From Actinomycetales bacterium (lineage in GTDB: Bacteria; Actinomycetota; Actinomycetes; Actinomycetales; Dermatophilaceae), in assembly GCA_038236535.1 (NCBI GenBank), contig JBBRZQ010000005.1, forward strand, positions 1,268 through 65,267: a DNA stretch of 64,000 bases. Direction: 5' to 3'. Below, in pieces: positions 7,947 to 18,275 of this stretch (its first letter is position 1; each line of letters begins with the position of its first letter). A program made the position numbers and the translations under genes. The notes beneath the pieces are model-generated. The model was not told the DNA's origin and made no database searches. It saw only the letters and a program-made list of their open reading frames with translations.

Positions 7947-9698
7947 ATGAGCACCGCGGCGGCATCCAGTCTCTCACCAGCATTCCCGGAACGCGCCGCA
8001 TGGGGGACTGCAGCCAAGTTGCGTGCCTGGCAGGCTGAGGCGCTCACCCAGTACCTCAGCTCGACCCCGCGTGACTTCCTTGCCGTGGCGACTCCCGGCG
8101 CGGGCAAGACCACGTACGCCCTACGTCTGGCGACCGAGCTCTTCGCCACCGGCCGGATCAGCCGGGTCACCGTCGTCGCGCCGACCGAGCACCTGAAGAC
8201 CCAGTGGGCCGATGCCGCCTCGCGGGTCGGCATCCGGATCGACCCCCACTTCACCAACGCGGCCGGCCGGCACGGTTCGGAGTTCCACGGGGTGGCCGTG
8301 ACGTATGCGCAGGTCGCCAGCAAGCCGTTGTTGCACCGCGCGCGGACCAAGGCCGCACCCACCCTGGTGATCCTGGACGAGATCCATCACGGCGGCGACA
8401 ACCTGTCCTGGGGCGATGCCATCCGTGAGGCGTTCGAGCCGGCCACCCATCGGCTCGGCCTGACCGGCACCCCGTTCCGTTCAGACACCAGCCCCATCCC
8501 GTTCGTGCGCTACGAGATGGGCAAGGACTCGATCCGCCGCAGCGAGGCCGACTACACCTACGGGTATGCCGAGGCGTTGCGTGACGGGGTGGTCCGCCCC
8601 GTGCTGTTCCTTGCCTACGGCGGCGCAATGCGCTGGCGCACCAAAGCCGGTGACGAGGTGTCGGCGCGCCTCGGGGAGCCGATGACCAAGGACGCGACCG
8701 CCCAGGCGTGGCGCACCGCGCTGGACTCCAAGGGCGAGTGGATCCCGTCGGTGCTGGCGGCGGCGGACAAACGGCTCAGCGAGGTACGGCGCGGGGTGCC
8801 GGACGCCGGGGGCCTGGTGATCGCGTCCAACCAGACCCAGGCGCGGGCCTACGCCAAGATCCTGGCCACGATCTCGGGTGAGAAGCCGGTCGTGGTGCTC
8901 TCGGACTACGCCGGGTCCTCGGGCAAGATCGAGGAGTTCGCCGAGGGCAGGCAGCGCTGGATGGTCGCGGTCCGGATGGTCTCCGAGGGTGTTGACGTGC
9001 CGCGGCTGTGCGTCGGTGTCTATGCCACCTCGACGTCCACCCCCCTGTATTTCGCCCAGGCGGTGGGCCGCTTTGTCCGTGCCCGGCGCCGCGGTGAGAT
9101 CGCGTCGGTCTTCCTGCCGAGCGTGCCGCTCATCCTCGAGCATGCGGCTCGTCTGGAGGACGAGCGCGACCATGCGCTGGACCGGGTCCGTCAACCGGGC
9201 GAGGAGGACTCCATGTGGTCGCCCGAGGACGACCTGCTGGCGGCGGCGAACCGGACTGGTTCGACCCCGGATCTGGACGCGCTGGCGTTCGAGGCGCTCG
9301 AGTCCGACGCCGAGTTCGACCATGTGCTCTTCGACGCCCAGCAGTTCGGTCTCAACGCCGAGGTGGGCAGCGCCGACGAGCAGGAGTTCCTCGGGCTGCC
9401 GGGTCTGCTCGAGCTGGACCAGGTCGCCACGTTGTTGCGCGCCCGGCAGTCGGCGCAGAAAGGCTCTCGCCGCGCAAAGGCCGACCCCGAGCTGGCTGCC
9501 CACCGAGCCATGGCGGCCTCACGTAAGGAGCTCAACAAGCTGGTGTCGGCCTATGCCCGCAAGTCCGGCGCTCGGCACGCGGTGGTGCACGCAGACCTGC
9601 GCCAGAGCTGTGGCGGGCCGACGCTGGACCAGGCCACTGCTGCTCAGGTCAGCCTGCGAATCGAGACCATCCGGCGCTGGTTCGTCGGTCGTCGCTGA
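7947..9698 (+). CDS. superfamily 2 DEAD/DEAH-box helicase (ResIII-like)
   Basis: Walker A is ATPGAGKTT and the DEIH box is LDEIHHGG. A helicase C domain is present (RMVSEGVDVPRL...QAVGRFVR). Confidence 0.85.
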   Translation: MSTAAASSLSPAFPERAAWGTAAKLRAWQAEALTQYLSSTPRDFLAVATPGAGKTTYALRLATELFATGRISRVTVVAPTEHLKTQWADAASRVGIRIDPHFTNAAGRHGSEFHGVAVTYAQVASKPLLHRARTKAAPTLVILDEIHHGGDNLSWGDAIREAFEPATHRLGLTGTPFRSDTSPIPFVRYEMGKDSIRRSEADYTYGYAEALRDGVVRPVLFLAYGGAMRWRTKAGDEVSARLGEPMTKDATAQAWRTALDSKGEWIPSVLAAADKRLSEVRRGVPDAGGLVIASNQTQARAYAKILATISGEKPVVVLSDYAGSSGKIEEFAEGRQRWMVAVRMVSEGVDVPRLCVGVYATSTSTPLYFAQAVGRFVRARRRGEIASVFLPSVPLILEHAARLEDERDHALDRVRQPGEEDSMWSPEDDLLAAANRTGSTPDLDALAFEALESDAEFDHVLFDAQQFGLNAEVGSADEQEFLGLPGLLELDQVATLLRARQSAQKGSRRAKADPELAAHRAMAASRKELNKLVSAYARKSGARHAVVHADLRQSCGGPTLDQATAAQVSLRIETIRRWFVGRR

Positions 9699-9818
9699 GC
9701 TCCTGAGGTCCGCAGCCCGCCCAGGTGACCGCTGGGTGACCGCCGGGTGACCGCTGGCTCTGCGCCTCGTCGGCGCACGTGCGAAACTTCACCTGACGAC
9801 TAGTTTCTGGAGTGTGCG

Positions 9819-11219
9819 ATGTCTGAGCGACGACCCATCGGTCCTGTGGACACCATGTGGCTGAACATGGACCGACCGAACAACCTCATGGTCATCGATG
9901 GCGTGTTCTGGTTCGACGACTTGATTGACTTCGAGTTGCTCGGCCCGCTGCTCCAGCTCAGGTTTCTCGACAAGTACCCGGTGTTCTCACAACGGCCGGT
10001 GGGGCCGTCCATCCCGTTCGGCCAGGCGCACTGGGAGGACGACCCGGACTTCGACCTCAGCCGGCATCTGAAGCGGGCCACCTTGCCGGCGCCCGGCGAC
10101 GAGCCGGCGCTGCAGCGGTACGTCGAGTCCCAGATGAGTGTGCCGTTCGACCACGACCACCCGATGTGGGAGATGACCCTGATCGACGGCTTCGGCAGTA
10201 GTGGGTGCGCACTGCTGGTCCGGTTCCATCACTGCATCGCCGACGGTATTGCCCTGGCACAGGTGGTGCTCTCGCTGACCAACGCCACGGACACGCTCGA
10301 TCCGGGCGAGATCGAGGCCCCGGAGCCCATCGTTCGCCCGCCGGGAGGGCTGATGGGCGCCGTCCGGTCGCTTCTGGACACGGGAACCCAGACAGTCCGT
10401 AGCGGCATGCACGCCCTCTCCCAGCTCCCCGAGCTGGCCAACCCCTCGGGGGCCAAGGAGGTGATGGAACTCGGCTGGAGAACCGGGATTATCGCCGACA
10501 AGCTCCTGCTGGGTCAGAGCCCGCCGTCACTGTTCTCGGGCGAGCCGGGTATCGAGAAGCGCGCGGTCTGGTCCGGGCCGCGAAAAGTCACCGATGTCAA
10601 GAGGGTGGCACGGATTACAGGTGCCACCATCAATGACGTGCTCCTGGCGGCAGTCTCCGGAGCGATCAACACGTATGTGCGGGATCATGGGGCCGACCCG
10701 GTCGACCTCACCACCATGGTCCCGGTCAATGTGCGTCCCCCCAACCAGCCGCTGCCACGCGAGCTTGGCAACAAGTTCGCCCTGGTCTATCTGAATCTGC
10801 CGACCGGGGTCACCCAGCCGCTGCAACGGGTGGCTGAGTGCAAGAGGCGGATGGACGCCATCAAGGTCTCCCCCGAGTCTCTCATCACATTCGGTATGAA
10901 CTCACTCATAGGGCGCATCGAGCCGCATCTGGCAAATTCCATCACCGACTTCTTCTCGGACAAGACGATCGGGGTGACGACCAACGTCGTCGGACCCCAG
11001 ACTGAGCGCTTCCTCGCCGGGGTGCCGATCGCCGGCATCGTCAGCTGGGTGCCCGGCTCGGGCCGGCAGACCTTTGGTGTCTGTATCTTCAGCTTCGCCG
11101 GCATCGTGCGGATCGGCTTCAAGGTCGACGCGGCCACGATCCCGGACGCCGAGAAGCTGGTTCACGCCTTCGACGAGGACATGGACGAGCTGTTACGAAT
11201 TGCAGCCAGGGCCCGATGA
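9819..11219 (+). CDS. wax ester synthase/diacylglycerol acyltransferase (WS/DGAT) family O-acyltransferase, copy 1
   Basis: Active-site motif HHCIADG (HHxxxDG). N terminus is PIGPVDTMWLNMDRP. 466 aa. Confidence 0.85.
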   Translation: MSERRPIGPVDTMWLNMDRPNNLMVIDGVFWFDDLIDFELLGPLLQLRFLDKYPVFSQRPVGPSIPFGQAHWEDDPDFDLSRHLKRATLPAPGDEPALQRYVESQMSVPFDHDHPMWEMTLIDGFGSSGCALLVRFHHCIADGIALAQVVLSLTNATDTLDPGEIEAPEPIVRPPGGLMGAVRSLLDTGTQTVRSGMHALSQLPELANPSGAKEVMELGWRTGIIADKLLLGQSPPSLFSGEPGIEKRAVWSGPRKVTDVKRVARITGATINDVLLAAVSGAINTYVRDHGADPVDLTTMVPVNVRPPNQPLPRELGNKFALVYLNLPTGVTQPLQRVAECKRRMDAIKVSPESLITFGMNSLIGRIEPHLANSITDFFSDKTIGVTTNVVGPQTERFLAGVPIAGIVSWVPGSGRQTFGVCIFSFAGIVRIGFKVDAATIPDAEKLVHAFDEDMDELLRIAARAR

Positions 11220-11250
11220 CGGCGTCGACAGCGGACCTGGACACGCCGGT

Positions 11251-11409
11251 CTGGTGTCTGCCTATGCCCGCACGTCGGGTGCGCCGCACGCCGCTGTTCA
11301 TTCTGACTTGCGCCAGAGCTGCGGCGGGCCGACGCTTGACCAGGCAAACGCCGTACAGGTTGCCCAGCGGATAGAGATGATCCGGCGTTGGTTCGTCGGT
11401 CGTCGCTGA
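11251..11409 (+). pseudogene. relic copy of the last ~52 codons of the 7947..9698 helicase
   Basis: 11251..11409 aligns by eye with 9541..9698. LVSAYARTSGAPHAAVHSDLRQSCGGPTLDQ...IRRWFVGRR* compares with LVSAYARKSGARHAVVHADLRQSCGGPTLDQ...IRRWFVGRR*. Confidence 0.85.
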
Positions 11410-11518
11410 GCACCAGGTGGTCCGGAGCCGGGAGTCACATTCAGGTGACCTCTGGCCCTGGGTTCTGCTGCTGCCCGGTGCGAAAATACCACTGACGACT
11501 AGGTGCTGGGAGTGTGCA

Positions 11519-12916
11519 ATGTCTGAACGACGATCCATTGATCCGGTGGACAACATGTGGCTGAACATGGACCGGCCCAACAACCTGATGGTCATCGACG
11601 GCGTGATGTGGTTCGACGAGACGATCGACTTCGACCGGCTCGCTCCCTTGCTTCAGCGTCGGCTGATAGACCTGTACCCGGTGTTCTCGCAGCGGCCAGT
11701 CGCGCCCTCCATCCCGTTCGGGCCCTCGCACTGGGAGGACGACCCCGACTTCGACCTCAGCCATCACCTGAGGAGGGTCACCCTGCAGGCACCCGGCAGC
11801 CAGGAAGACCTCCAGCGTTACGTCGAGAGTCGGATGAGCGTGCCGTTCGACCATGCCCGCCCCCTGTGGGAGGTGACACTGGTCGAGGGTTTTGGCAGCG
11901 GTTGCGCGCTGTTGTCGCGTTTTCACCACTGCCTAGCTGACGGCATGGCCCTTTCACAGGTGATCCTCTCGCTGACCAACGCCACGGCGCAGGCCGACCT
12001 CGAGGAGATCGAGGAGGTCGAGTGGACCCCACCTCAGGCGGGGGGGCTCCTGGGGGCAGCCCGGTTGCTCGTGGACACCGGCGCGCAGACCGTGCAGGGG
12101 GGCCGCCAGGCCCTCTCCATGCTCCCTGGGCTGGCCACACCCTCACTGCCCAAGGACCTGCTGGAGCTCGGCTGGAAGACCGGCAGGATCGCCGACAAGC
12201 TTCTCCTGGGCCACAATCCGTCAACGCCGTTCACGGGCGAGCCCGGTATCGAGAAGCGGGCCGTCTGGTCGGGGCCGCGAACGATCAAGGACATCAAGAG
12301 CGTGAGCCGGCTCACCGGGGCCACCGTCAATGACGTCCTGGTCGCAGCGGTCTCCGGAGCCATCAACACCTATCTGCGCGATCTCGGGGCCGAGCCGGCC
12401 GACATCACCACGATGGTCCCGGTGAATGTGCGTCCTCCCGACGAGCCGCTGCCTCGCGAGCTTGGCAACAAGTTCGCACTGGTCTATCTGAAGCTGCCAA
12501 CCGGGGTGAGGCCGCCGCTGCAGCGGGTGGCCGAGAGCAAGCAGCGGATGGACTCCATCAAGGGCTCGCCTGAGGCGTTCATCACGTTCAGCCTGAACAA
12601 GATGATCGGGCGCTTCGAGCCGCACGTGTCGAACTCCATCACCAACTTCTTCTCTGCCAAGGCCATCGGGGTGACGACCAACGTCATCGGGCCGCAGACC
12701 CAGCGCTACGTGGCCGGGGTGCCTATCGCCGGCGCTGTCAGCTGGGTGCCGGGCTCCGGCCAGCAGACCCTGGGAGTCTGTATCTTCAGCCTGGCCGGGA
12801 TCGTCCGGGTTGGCTTCAAGGTCGACGCCGCCGCGTTGCCCAATCCAGAGAAGCTCGTTCACGCGTTCGACGAGGACATGGACGAGCTGTTGCGGGTTGC
12901 TGCCAGGGCCAAGTGA
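11519..12916 (+). CDS. WS/DGAT family O-acyltransferase, copy 2
   Basis: HHCLADG motif. Collinear with copy 1 along the whole length. The 40 nt before the ATG (gtgcgaaa..tgacgactag..gagtgtgc) is also conserved with copy 1. Confidence 0.85.
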   Translation: MSERRSIDPVDNMWLNMDRPNNLMVIDGVMWFDETIDFDRLAPLLQRRLIDLYPVFSQRPVAPSIPFGPSHWEDDPDFDLSHHLRRVTLQAPGSQEDLQRYVESRMSVPFDHARPLWEVTLVEGFGSGCALLSRFHHCLADGMALSQVILSLTNATAQADLEEIEEVEWTPPQAGGLLGAARLLVDTGAQTVQGGRQALSMLPGLATPSLPKDLLELGWKTGRIADKLLLGHNPSTPFTGEPGIEKRAVWSGPRTIKDIKSVSRLTGATVNDVLVAAVSGAINTYLRDLGAEPADITTMVPVNVRPPDEPLPRELGNKFALVYLKLPTGVRPPLQRVAESKQRMDSIKGSPEAFITFSLNKMIGRFEPHVSNSITNFFSAKAIGVTTNVIGPQTQRYVAGVPIAGAVSWVPGSGQQTLGVCIFSLAGIVRVGFKVDAAALPNPEKLVHAFDEDMDELLRVAARAK

Positions 12917-13001
12917 TCGCCTCGCCCCCGGGCCGGCCTATGCCAGGCACCGTTCAGTCAAAGACCCGCTTGTCAGTGATCGCTTCGCCAAGGAGGAAAT
13001 A

Positions 13002-13436
13002 GTGCCGACCGACCATGCAGCTGAGACACTTGTCGTCGCTGCACCCATGAAAAAGGTCCTGGCCACCCTGCGAGATGTGGAGAGCCAGCCGACGTGGGTG
13101 CCTGAGATCCTCAAGGTCGAGCTTCTTGAGAAACATCCCGACGGCACGCCGGCCACGGCGCACTTCACGGCCAGCGCGCCGGTTGGGACGGACTCGTACA
13201 CCCTGGCTTTTGAGCATGCCGCCGATGGCATGAGCTGGAGTCTGGTGAAGGGTCGGCTGCAGACCGGCCAGGACGCGCACTATACCTTGCGCAGTTTCGG
13301 GAAAAGCTCGACCGAGGTGACCTTGGACCTGACCATCCATCACAACCTGCCCCTGCCCGGCTTCCTGCGCGCGCGGGTGATCAACGCGCTGGTGCACAAC
13401 AATGTCAGCGGACTCAAGGAGTATCTCGAGGCGTGA
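13002..13436 (+). CDS. SRPBCC (START/polyketide cyclase-dehydrase-like) family protein
   Basis: 144 aa. GTG start 5 nt after AGGAGG. The alternating beta/helix pattern and size are typical of SRPBCC ligand-binding proteins. Confidence 0.6.
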   Translation: MPTDHAAETLVVAAPMKKVLATLRDVESQPTWVPEILKVELLEKHPDGTPATAHFTASAPVGTDSYTLAFEHAADGMSWSLVKGRLQTGQDAHYTLRSFGKSSTEVTLDLTIHHNLPLPGFLRARVINALVHNNVSGLKEYLEA

Positions 13437-13533
13437 CCCCGGTCAGATTCGCTACCGGGACGGCGTCTGGTCCTATGCCACCTTGCTGCGCCGTGGGAAA
13501 CTATTGCCCAACAGTTTGGGGCGGGAGTGAGTG

Positions 13534-14931
13534 ATGTCTGAGCGACGCGCTATCGGGCCGGTGGATACCATGTGGCTGAACATGGACCGGCCCAACAACC
13601 TCATGGTCATCGACGGGGTGATGTGGTTCGACGGGACACTCGACTGGGAACGTCTGCGGCCGGTGATCCAGCATCGGATGCTCGACCGCTACCCCGTGTT
13701 CTCTCAGCGGCCGGTGGCGCCGTCCATCCTGTTCGGGACGCCACATTGGGAGGACGATCCGGACTTCGATCTCAGCAATCACGTGAAACGGGTAACCCTG
13801 CCGGCACCGGGCGGCGTGGAGCAGCTGCAGCGCTACGTCGAGACTCGGATGAGCGTGCCCTTCGACCGCGCCCACCCCCTGTGGGAGTTCATTGTCATCG
13901 AGGGCTACCTCGGTGGCAGCGCGCTGATGTCGCGGTTCCATCATTCGCTCGCAGACGGGATGGCCCTCTCGCAGGTGCTGCTCTCGCTGACCGACGCCTC
14001 GCCCGATGTCGACCACGAGGAGGTTGCCGCGTGGACGTCATCACGACATCGCGCCGGCGGTCTCGCCGGTGCTGCGCAGACGCTGCGCGACACTGGCCTT
14101 CAGGCGGTGCGGGGCGGCCTCAAGGCCATCGTGCTGCTTCCCGAGCTGACCCATCCCTCCCTGGCCCGAGAGGTGCTCGAGCTGGGCTGGAAGACCGGGA
14201 AGGTCGCCGACAAGCTGCTACTGGGCAGCAACCCGCAGACACCGCTCTCGGGTGAGCCTGGGGTCAGCAAGCGGGCGATCTGGTCCGGGACGCGGACTAT
14301 CACGGACATCAAGAGCGTCTGCCGGCTCACCGGCGCTACCGTCAACGACGTGCTGGTGGCGGCAGTGTCCGGGGCGGTCAACACCTACCTGCGCGATCAC
14401 GGCGCCGAGCCGGTCGACCTGACCACCATGGTCCCGGTCAATATTCGCCCCCCGGACCAGCCGTTGCCGCGTGAGCTGGGCAACAAGTTCGCTCTCGTCT
14501 ATCTGAAGATGCCGACTGGGCTGCGGCCACCGCTGCAGCGGGTGGCCGAGTGCAAGAGTCGGATGGACGAGATCAAGGCCTCACCGGAGGCCTTCCTCAC
14601 TTTCGGCCTCAACACGATGATCGGGGGGATCGAGCCGCACGTCTCCAACTCCATCGTCAACTTCTTCTCCAACAAGGCGATCGGGGTGACAACCAATGTC
14701 ATCGGACCCCGGCAGGAGCGGTATCTCGCCGGAGTGCCGATCACCGGCGCCGTCGGCTGGGTGCCCGGTTCTGGCAGGCAGAGCCTGGGAGTCTGCATCT
14801 TCAGCCTCGCCGGCAGCATGCGGGTCGGCTTCAAGGTTGACGCCAGCCTGGTGCCAGACATCGAGAAGCTCGTTGATGCCTTCGACGAGGAGCTGGACCA
14901 GCTGCTGGGCATTGCCGCCAAGGCCGTCTGA
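13534..14931 (+). CDS. WS/DGAT family O-acyltransferase, copy 3
   Basis: HHSLADG motif. Collinear with copies 1 and 2. Confidence 0.85.
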   Translation: MSERRAIGPVDTMWLNMDRPNNLMVIDGVMWFDGTLDWERLRPVIQHRMLDRYPVFSQRPVAPSILFGTPHWEDDPDFDLSNHVKRVTLPAPGGVEQLQRYVETRMSVPFDRAHPLWEFIVIEGYLGGSALMSRFHHSLADGMALSQVLLSLTDASPDVDHEEVAAWTSSRHRAGGLAGAAQTLRDTGLQAVRGGLKAIVLLPELTHPSLAREVLELGWKTGKVADKLLLGSNPQTPLSGEPGVSKRAIWSGTRTITDIKSVCRLTGATVNDVLVAAVSGAVNTYLRDHGAEPVDLTTMVPVNIRPPDQPLPRELGNKFALVYLKMPTGLRPPLQRVAECKSRMDEIKASPEAFLTFGLNTMIGGIEPHVSNSIVNFFSNKAIGVTTNVIGPRQERYLAGVPITGAVGWVPGSGRQSLGVCIFSLAGSMRVGFKVDASLVPDIEKLVDAFDEELDQLLGIAAKAV

Positions 14932-14952
14932 CTGGCCGGTCAAGGAAAGATC

Positions 14953-15076
14953 ATGCCGACCGGCCAGGCAGCTGGGACGGCTGTCGTCGCCCCTGCCCGG
15001 CTTCGTGCGCCGGCGGGTGATCAAGGGCCTGGTGCACAACAATGTCGGCGGGCTCAAGGAGTATCTCGAGCCGTGA
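14953..15076 (+). pseudogene. internally deleted, frameshifted relic of the SRPBCC gene
   Basis: caaggaaagatcATGccgaccggc... mimics the SD, start and first ~14 codons of 13002. A different frame then gives LPGFVRRRVIKGLVHNNVGGLKEYLEP*, matching LPGFLRARVINALVHNNVSGLKEYLEA*. Confidence 0.8.
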
Positions 15077-15133
15077 GCCGGCGGATGGCCGCCGACGTGT
15101 GGCCCGTGGTGACCGCGTGACAAGGTAGACCCC

Positions 15134-16021
15134 ATGACGCAGCAGCCGGCCGGATGGTATGACGACCCGCAGGACCCCAGTCAGCTTCGCTACTGGGACG
15201 GCGTGGTCTGGTCCGACCACACCTCGCCGAAGATCTCACCGATGGTGGAGCAGTCCACCATCGGCATGCCGTACGGCGTCGCCCCGGCTTCGGCACGTCC
15301 GCAGGCCCCCGGCTCGCAGGGGGCGCAGGGTCCGCGCACCGTTCAGGACGGTTTCGCCTCTCCCCAACAGGGACAGGGACAGCCTGGCGGTGAGTGGCCG
15401 GGCTACGGGCAGGGCCCGGGGGCGCTCGGGCAGCCGACCCAGGGGTGGCAGTCGCAGGGCCTGGCCACAACTCCGGACGGTGTCGTGCTGTCCGGCTGGT
15501 GGAAGCGCGTCCTGGCGCGCGTCCTGGACAGCTTCATCGTCGGGATCTTCACTCTGCCCCTGACCTATGCACCGATCATGCGTGCGGGCACCATCTTCGC
15601 CGACTACCTCCAGCAGGTGATGGACGCCGCGAAGGCAGGGAGCTCGACGGTTCAGGATCCGCCCGCCGACTTCACCGGCGCGATCATTCAGGCGAGCCTG
15701 ACCGTGCTGGTCGTCTACGTCATCTACGAGGTGGCGTTTCTCACCTGGAAGGGCGCGACCCCCGGCAGGATGATCGTCGGTATCAGTGTCCGGTTGCGTG
15801 AGAGGCCCGGTCCGCCGCCGCTGGTCGTGGTCCTGAAGAGGACGGCGGTCAAGGAAGGTCCCGCGTTCCTGGGCGGAGTGCCGTTCCTCGGCACGATGGG
15901 CTCGCTGTTCAGCCTGGTCGATGATCTGTGGCCGTTGTGGGATCCCAAGAAACAGGCCATCCACGACAAGGTCGCGAAGACCAACGTCGTGGTCGGGCCC
16001 CAGCCGAAGCGCGACGCCTGA
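15134..16021 (+). CDS. RDD family membrane protein with N-terminal DUF2510-like motif
   Basis: GWYDDPQDPSQLRYWDGVVWSDHT is followed by a Gln/Gly/Pro-rich linker. The RDD-type membrane domain follows (WWKRVLARVLDSFIV...). Confidence 0.75.
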   Translation: MTQQPAGWYDDPQDPSQLRYWDGVVWSDHTSPKISPMVEQSTIGMPYGVAPASARPQAPGSQGAQGPRTVQDGFASPQQGQGQPGGEWPGYGQGPGALGQPTQGWQSQGLATTPDGVVLSGWWKRVLARVLDSFIVGIFTLPLTYAPIMRAGTIFADYLQQVMDAAKAGSSTVQDPPADFTGAIIQASLTVLVVYVIYEVAFLTWKGATPGRMIVGISVRLRERPGPPPLVVVLKRTAVKEGPAFLGGVPFLGTMGSLFSLVDDLWPLWDPKKQAIHDKVAKTNVVVGPQPKRDA

Positions 16022-16039
16022 CCCTTGGGGGCCACTGGC

Positions 16040-16836
<797 letters not shown>

Positions 16837-16846
16837 CCCGGTCAGA

Positions 16847-17233
16847 CTATGACCCGTCAGACCGGGCGTCGGCGGACTGTGATGGGGAGGCCTCGGCCCG
16901 GAGGTCGTCCATGCCCAGCTCGCGGACGCCGGCGATGACCTGCTCCAGGGAGGCGGCCGGAAGTGCTCCGGGCTGGCTGAAGACCAGGAGGCCCTCGCGG
17001 AAGGCCATCAGGGTGGGGATGGACGTGATCTGGGCTGCGCCGGCCAGCGACTGCTCAGCCTCGGTGTCGACCTTGCCGAACACGATGTCGGGGTGCGCGG
17101 CGCTGGCTTTCTCGAAGATCGGGCCGAAGGTCCGGCACGGTCCGCACCAGGACGCCCAGAAGTCCACCAGGACGATGTCGTTGTCGAGCACGGTCTGCTC
17201 GAAGGATGCGGCAGTGAGGGCTTGGGTGGTCAT
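16847..17233 (-). CDS. trxA: thioredoxin
   Basis: WCGPC active site and a thioredoxin fold-length core, plus a ~20-aa C-terminal tail. Confidence 0.9.
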   Translation of the reverse strand: MTTQALTAASFEQTVLDNDIVLVDFWASWCGPCRTFGPIFEKASAAHPDIVFGKVDTEAEQSLAGAAQITSIPTLMAFREGLLVFSQPGALPAASLEQVIAGVRELGMDDLRAEASPSQSADARSDGS

Positions 17234-17258
17234 AGAGACTTCCTCTCGAGGGTGAATA

Positions 17259-17274
17259 ATACCTCGTGGGGTAT
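17259..17274. promoter_or_regulatory. candidate CsoR/CstR-family operator (ATACCTCGTGGGGTAT)
   Basis: Inverted repeat ATACC(T)C..GGGGTAT, 26 nt upstream of the trx start codon. A related palindrome lies at 19629. Confidence 0.5.
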
Positions 17275-17334
17275 CAACGTCCGGACAGCCAGGGACATTC
17301 CTGAGCCAATCTTCTCAGATCGGGCACAGGGCGA

Positions 17335-17362
17335 CCCGCTATCCTCCCCGGCGGATAGCGGG
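17335..17362 (-). terminator. stem-loop downstream of the dsrE-like gene
   Basis: cccgctatcc / ggatagcggg forms a 10-bp stem with an 8-nt loop, 38 nt after the stop. There is no clear U tract. Confidence 0.4.
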
Positions 17363-17399
17363 CTGCCCGGCGGGAGCTGTGGCTGCCCGGCGTAGCTGC

Positions 17400-17915
17400 C
17401 TAGATGAACAGGAGCTGGGCGCCCTCGGTCTTCTCGATGAAGTCGGTGGCGCTGATGATGTCCTCGACCTCGTCGTAGAGGTCTTCCTTGGTGAGCTTGT
17501 TCATGTCCGCGGACATCCGGCAGGCCCACAGGTGGCCGCCGGAAGCCACGATCTGCTCCAGGAACTCCGGGACCTCAGGCACGTCGAGGTCCGCGATGGA
17601 CTTCTTGAGCCGTGAGGTTGCCATGCTGGTCATCCCCGGGAGCCCGCCCAGGCCCTGCGGCATGTGGGTGGCGGTGTTGCCCAGCATGGTGAACTGCAGG
17701 TCGCCCATGGTCTTCTTGTTGATCATGTCGAATCCCCAGAAGGTGAAGAACATGTGGACCTCGACGCCCTCGCCGAGCGCCGCGTTGGCCAGGATCAGCC
17801 CTGGGTAGGCCATGTCCAGGCTTCCCTTGGAGCAGATGATGGCCAGCTTGCGGCCAGGGCCGGCCTCGGAGTCGAAGCTGGGGACGATCGCCGGTGCGGT
17901 GTCTGTGCTGGTCAT
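17400..17915 (-). CDS. DsrE/DsrF/TusD-like sulfur relay family protein
   Basis: KLAIICSKGSLDMAYPGLILANAA..., FFTFWG, and a conserved Cys in HLWACRMS. Confidence 0.75.
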   Translation of the reverse strand: MTSTDTAPAIVPSFDSEAGPGRKLAIICSKGSLDMAYPGLILANAALGEGVEVHMFFTFWGFDMINKKTMGDLQFTMLGNTATHMPQGLGGLPGMTSMATSRLKKSIADLDVPEVPEFLEQIVASGGHLWACRMSADMNKLTKEDLYDEVEDIISATDFIEKTEGAQLLFI

Positions 17916-17945
17916 GTCAGTCTCTTCCTTGGTGGTCGGGGTGGT

Positions 17946-18260
17946 TTAGACGCAGCCAACCGGCTTGGGCAGGCCGGCGACGTAGGCCATCTTCTTGGCG
18001 GGCTTCTGCGGGAACATGACGAACAGCTTCTTGATCGGGATGCCGCCGACAGTGGAGACCCGGCGCAGGGTCGGGGTCTCGCCGGTCTCCTGGAAGTCCT
18101 TGCGCAGGAACCGGATGGCGGCCCAGTGCTCGTCGGTCATCTCGATGCCGATCTGGGCGGCGAGCGCGGTCCCGAGCGCGTCATCCCACTCGGCCGGGTC
18201 AGTCAGGAAGCCCTCGTCGTTGACGTGGATCTCCTGGCCGTTAAGAGTGGTCACTGGCAT
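17946..18260 (-). CDS. TusE/DsrC/DsvC family sulfur relay protein (single C-terminal Cys, TusE-like)
   Basis: Ends in GLPKPVGCV, the hallmark C terminus. The position 11 residues before the Cys is Ala, so the second DsrC Cys is absent. Confidence 0.85.
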   Translation of the reverse strand: MPVTTLNGQEIHVNDEGFLTDPAEWDDALGTALAAQIGIEMTDEHWAAIRFLRKDFQETGETPTLRRVSTVGGIPIKKLFVMFPQKPAKKMAYVAGLPKPVGCV

Positions 18261-18275
18261 GGGACGTCTCTCCTT

